NCBI RefSeq assembly: GCF_009914755.1
Contig: NC_060930.1
Strand: one strand, 5' to 3'
Origin: the human T2T-CHM13v2.0 reference genome, Homo sapiens
Length of the DNA stretch: 64,000 bases
A program made the translations under genes and the position numbers. Below, piece after piece: positions 57,111 to 64,000 of the stretch (position 1 is the stretch's first letter; each line of letters begins with the position of its first letter). The notes below the pieces were generated by a model. It saw only the letters and a list, made by a program, of their open reading frames with translations. It had not been told where the DNA came from and did no database searches.

Positions 57111-58941
57111 GCTATGGTTGCTGGCCTTTCTGTTCATCTGATAGGGAACTGTCCAAGACAGCAGCAACTTTTTGTGTTTTTGTTTAACACAGCTGAGTGT
57201 ATTGTGTAGTCGCAAGGAGCTGCAGAATAGCAGAGAGGAAAAAATAATAATGCAGTGTTGGAAGCGGAGTGGAACCAAGCTAGCTCATCACAGTCTAGGA
57301 AGAGATAGTTGATTCTGCTCACAGGGCGGCTTGACTGAAAGCTTGCAGAACTTACTGCTCAAACCGGGGATACTCCTGCCTTCTGCCTCTTGCCTCTGCT
57401 TCCCTCTTCCTTTTCCTCTTCCTACTCCACACCCTGGACATGGGGTGATTCTGTGCCTTTCTTAGGCCTGTCTCCTAGCTGTGCCCACCTAAGCATCCCC
57501 TTCTGCTTGTGATCACCTCTGTGTGCATGTATGTATGTGCCAGTGAGAATATTAGCAAGTAATGGTTGCCAGGAGAAGTGGAAAAGAGAGAGAAGGAGGA
57601 GCAGGAAGAAAGGAGAATAGAAAGCTCCCCTCCAACTCTTGTCCCTTCTTCCTTCCCGCCTTGACTAGGGGGTTTTGGTTGAAAGGCACAGAGGAAAACA
57701 GAAAGTTCTGCCCTGTTCCCACTGCATTCTACTCCAGGCTCAGGTTAGCAGGGCTGAGAATGAAGATACCAAGGAACTACCCTGGCAGTCTGCTCCTTCT
57801 CCCTTTCCATCTGTTCCTCTGCACAGCCCCACCTCACTCCTGTGAGCCTTCTTCCTTGCTACCTCTGGCCTTTGTTCCCTCCTCATATTGCTTGGCTCTC
57901 CATCCACCTAGAGCCCATCCTCACTTCTGGGTCCTCACTGCCTCTACCGCCCAGATGAAAATGGCCACTAGTAATGACTCTAGGCTGAGGCCGTATGCAC
58001 TCACTCTTTCCCTCTGTGGAGTGGATTCATCTTAGAAACCCCAGCTGGACCCCTGACTCCATTTTCCCATAGAAACTTGTTATGCCTGGTGGATAAGTTC
58101 TGTACTTCTGTATCCCAGCACATCATGAGAAAAGCTGCACTTACTGGTTTGACCTGGGAATGTGTCTTCTTTTGCTAACTTTAAAGTGCAACTTGTTACT
58201 TAGGAAAAAAAATCAGAAATCGACAGTGTAATCTTTGGACTCCAGTTCTTGTGCTGGAAGTGGCCTCCATGGTAAAAGAAAACTTAGAGACATTTTCTGC
58301 AGGCAGAGATGTGCCCTGTGCCTATGCCACACCGATTTCAGAATGGGGCAGGGTAGGGCAGGGCTGTAGAACAGGTCAGATGGGCATTCTTCTCATTGCT
58401 GGGTGCCAGTCACCTGCCCTGACCCCAGGAGATGACAATTTTGAACACAAGCCAGCATTTTAGTGAGATTTGAATTTATTCAGCAATCTGCTTGTTTTTG
58501 TTTGTGCTTGTTTGTTCTGGCTGGTCATAGGAATCTCAAAGAATACCTCTGAAGGACTTCATTTGGGGGCCCAGTGTGAACATTGCTGATACGAGTAAAA
58601 TCTATTTCTGAGCTGCAAGAGATAAAAAAAAAAGAAGTCGTAGATAAAAGCAGTTGGAATATGTTTAATGTTATTTTAATCTGTTGCATTATGTGAAATA
58701 GTGTTACAGTTTGCATACAGATTCCTACTTGCCAGTATTCAAACTTAGAACAGTGTCCTCTCCATCAGCACACAGCAGAAAAGGCAGCCAACATATGCCT
58801 ATCACCTTCTACAACAGCTTGTGGAGGATCATGGAGCATAGATGCAGAATGCTGGGCTTGGGGATCCAGGTAAGCAAGACAGGGTCTGGCCCCAAGAGAC
58901 AGGTGAAGCAAGGTGCCAAGTCCAGGGATGACAGTGAAGGC

Positions 58942-59245
58942 AGGGAGGAGCAGAGAGAATCAGGCTTTCCAAGGGAGGAGCAGAGAGAATCAGGTGCTCC
59001 AAGGGAGGAGCAGAGAGAATCAAGCTCTCCAAGGGAGGAGCAGAGAGAATCAGGCTCTCCAAGGGAGGAGCAGAGAGAATCAGGCTCTCCAAGGGAGGAA
59101 CAGAGAGGATCAGGCGCTCCAAGGGAGGAGCAGAGAGAATCAGGCGCTCCAAGGGAGGAGCAGAGAGAATCAGGCTCTCCAAGGGAGGAGCAGAGAGAAT
59201 CAGCCTCTCCAAGGGAGGAGCAGAGAGAATCAGGCGCTCCAAGGG
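58942..59245. repeat. 30-bp minisatellite, 10 copies plus 4 nt
   Basis: Consensus AGGGAGGAGCAGAGAGAATCAGGCTCTCCA; variation mostly at unit positions 22-27. Confidence 0.97.
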
Positions 59246-59344
59246 TCTAGGAAAGCCTAGTCCATGGCAGGAGTGGTATAGAGGAGGGTGGAACTTTTTA
59301 AGTTGAGTTTATCTTGTATTATTTTAGTTTTTTAAAAAAAATTA

Positions 59345-61140
<1,796 letters not shown>

Positions 61141-61937
61141 GTCCCCTTATTTTCATTATCTTGCAGTTTACACATAGTCGCATAAATTGAAGTGATTTGC
61201 TTTGGAGAAAAAGGCAGCCCCTGCCTCCCTCCCACCACCTTTTTTGCCCGCTACACTTGTCACTCGGCTACATTCACCTGCTATGCTTGTCACTCCACCC
61301 TGCTCTAATGCCGCTTTCTCTGCAGGCTCTTCTTGGTTCCCCAAGCTAAGTGGCTCTTGCCCTTGTGTACCTGCATTGCAGTTTTATGATACTTCTCATG
61401 TCGTGTCTGTGCTTTCCTACCATGCATTATTATTCACGTGCTTGTCTCATCTCTTCTGCCAAATTCTAAGCATCTGGATGGCTGGGTTTAAGTTGCATCT
61501 CTGTGTCCTTCAGACCATATGCCATAGTGCCTTGTGCCTCACGGTGACTTGTATTTTGCAGAAGCTTAACAGATATTAACTGGATATCCAATTATAAAGA
61601 GTCATAAATAGATGGTATTTTATGATTAACAATATTAAATGTAGAAGTTTATTCAGTTCCTGCGTAAATCAACTCTCAAATTCAGTTTTGTTTTCTTGAA
61701 AGTGTCTGAAATACTCTGAAAGCTGCCATCCATATTGCTAAGGCAAGAGAGGAGAGGCTGTCTTCTACCAGTACCACCTCAGGGCTATGTAAGAAATTTC
61801 TTACCTTAGTGACTTCAAGATTGTCATTAAAAACTGCAATCCATATTTTAAGTCAGACAACAGAAAGAGATTTTCTTGTGTTTTTAATAAATGTGAACGG
61901 CTGGAAGCAGCCACAAAGTATGTATCAAGTGACCAAT

Positions 61938-62652
<715 letters not shown>

Positions 62653-63135
62653 ACAGAGCAGTCCTGATGAGCCCTCCCCGTAAGAAACTGCTGAAATGTT
62701 GGGGCGGCTGTATGTTTTTGTTATAAGGAAAAGGTAACATTTGTGGAAGGCAGTACTTCACAGTGATACATTTAATGGTTGCATATTCAAATCTCAAAAG
62801 AGATTACTAGTAATCTAGAGCAGGTGTTTCTTATCCCAGAAAGTTCTTAAAGTTCTCAGAATTAGTTCTCTTGAGACAAGAGCCATATTTTCCTGTAAGC
62901 CAATGAATCACAATTTTTAGGATTACATTTTCTGTATAGGACAAGCCTAATTATAAGTTGCACTTAAAGTGACATTCCGTAGTAAACAGAAACTTCATAA
63001 GGAAATAAACAACCATGTTGCTTTAGATATGAGTGTTCAGTGTAAGGTGGGTTAGTTGTAAGGAGGACCTCACTGTGAACTAACACGCTGTAGTGCCACA
63101 GGCTACCCAGTAGTAGAATATAAAAGCTTTGCTCA

Positions 63136-64000
<865 letters not shown>

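Noticed and set aside
56787-57209. 140-aa proline-rich ORF
   Set aside because: It arises from a C-rich low-complexity tract, has a non-ATG start, and shows no splice support or recognisable homology.
58942-59245. CRISPR-like regular repeat array
   Set aside because: The units are head to tail with no unique spacers, no cas genes are present and the context is human; it is an ordinary minisatellite.

Overview
This is human (primate) genomic DNA and almost entirely intronic. The one coding exon I can support is on the + strand at 42424-42552: 129 nt, phase 0/0, canonical CAG|...|GTGAGT, encoding [44 protein letters not shown] recognise this peptide from memory as the N-terminal region of SASH1 (probably coding exon 2, chr6q24), so 1-42423 and 42553-64000 are parts of two long SASH1 introns. 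The window is very Alu-dense: about 65-70 elements or fragments by manual count, around 30% of bases, including one AluYa5 with a perfect TSD. It also holds L1PB/L1M and L2 fragments, MIRs, an MLT1 LTR, a MER21 LTR, an internally deleted Tigger1, a half MADE1, a 30-bp minisatellite, a 316-nt pure pyrimidine tract, a Z-DNA-type tract and a C-rich tract. Nearly all ORFs in the supplied track are Alu or low-complexity artefacts. I found no evidence for a new gene system or a CRISPR-like array. The points worth checking are retrotransposition and rearrangement scars, non-B DNA or RNA hairpins, and candidate intronic regulatory elements. Repeat subfamily calls come from remembered consensus sequences, and repeat boundaries are approximate unless a TSD is quoted.
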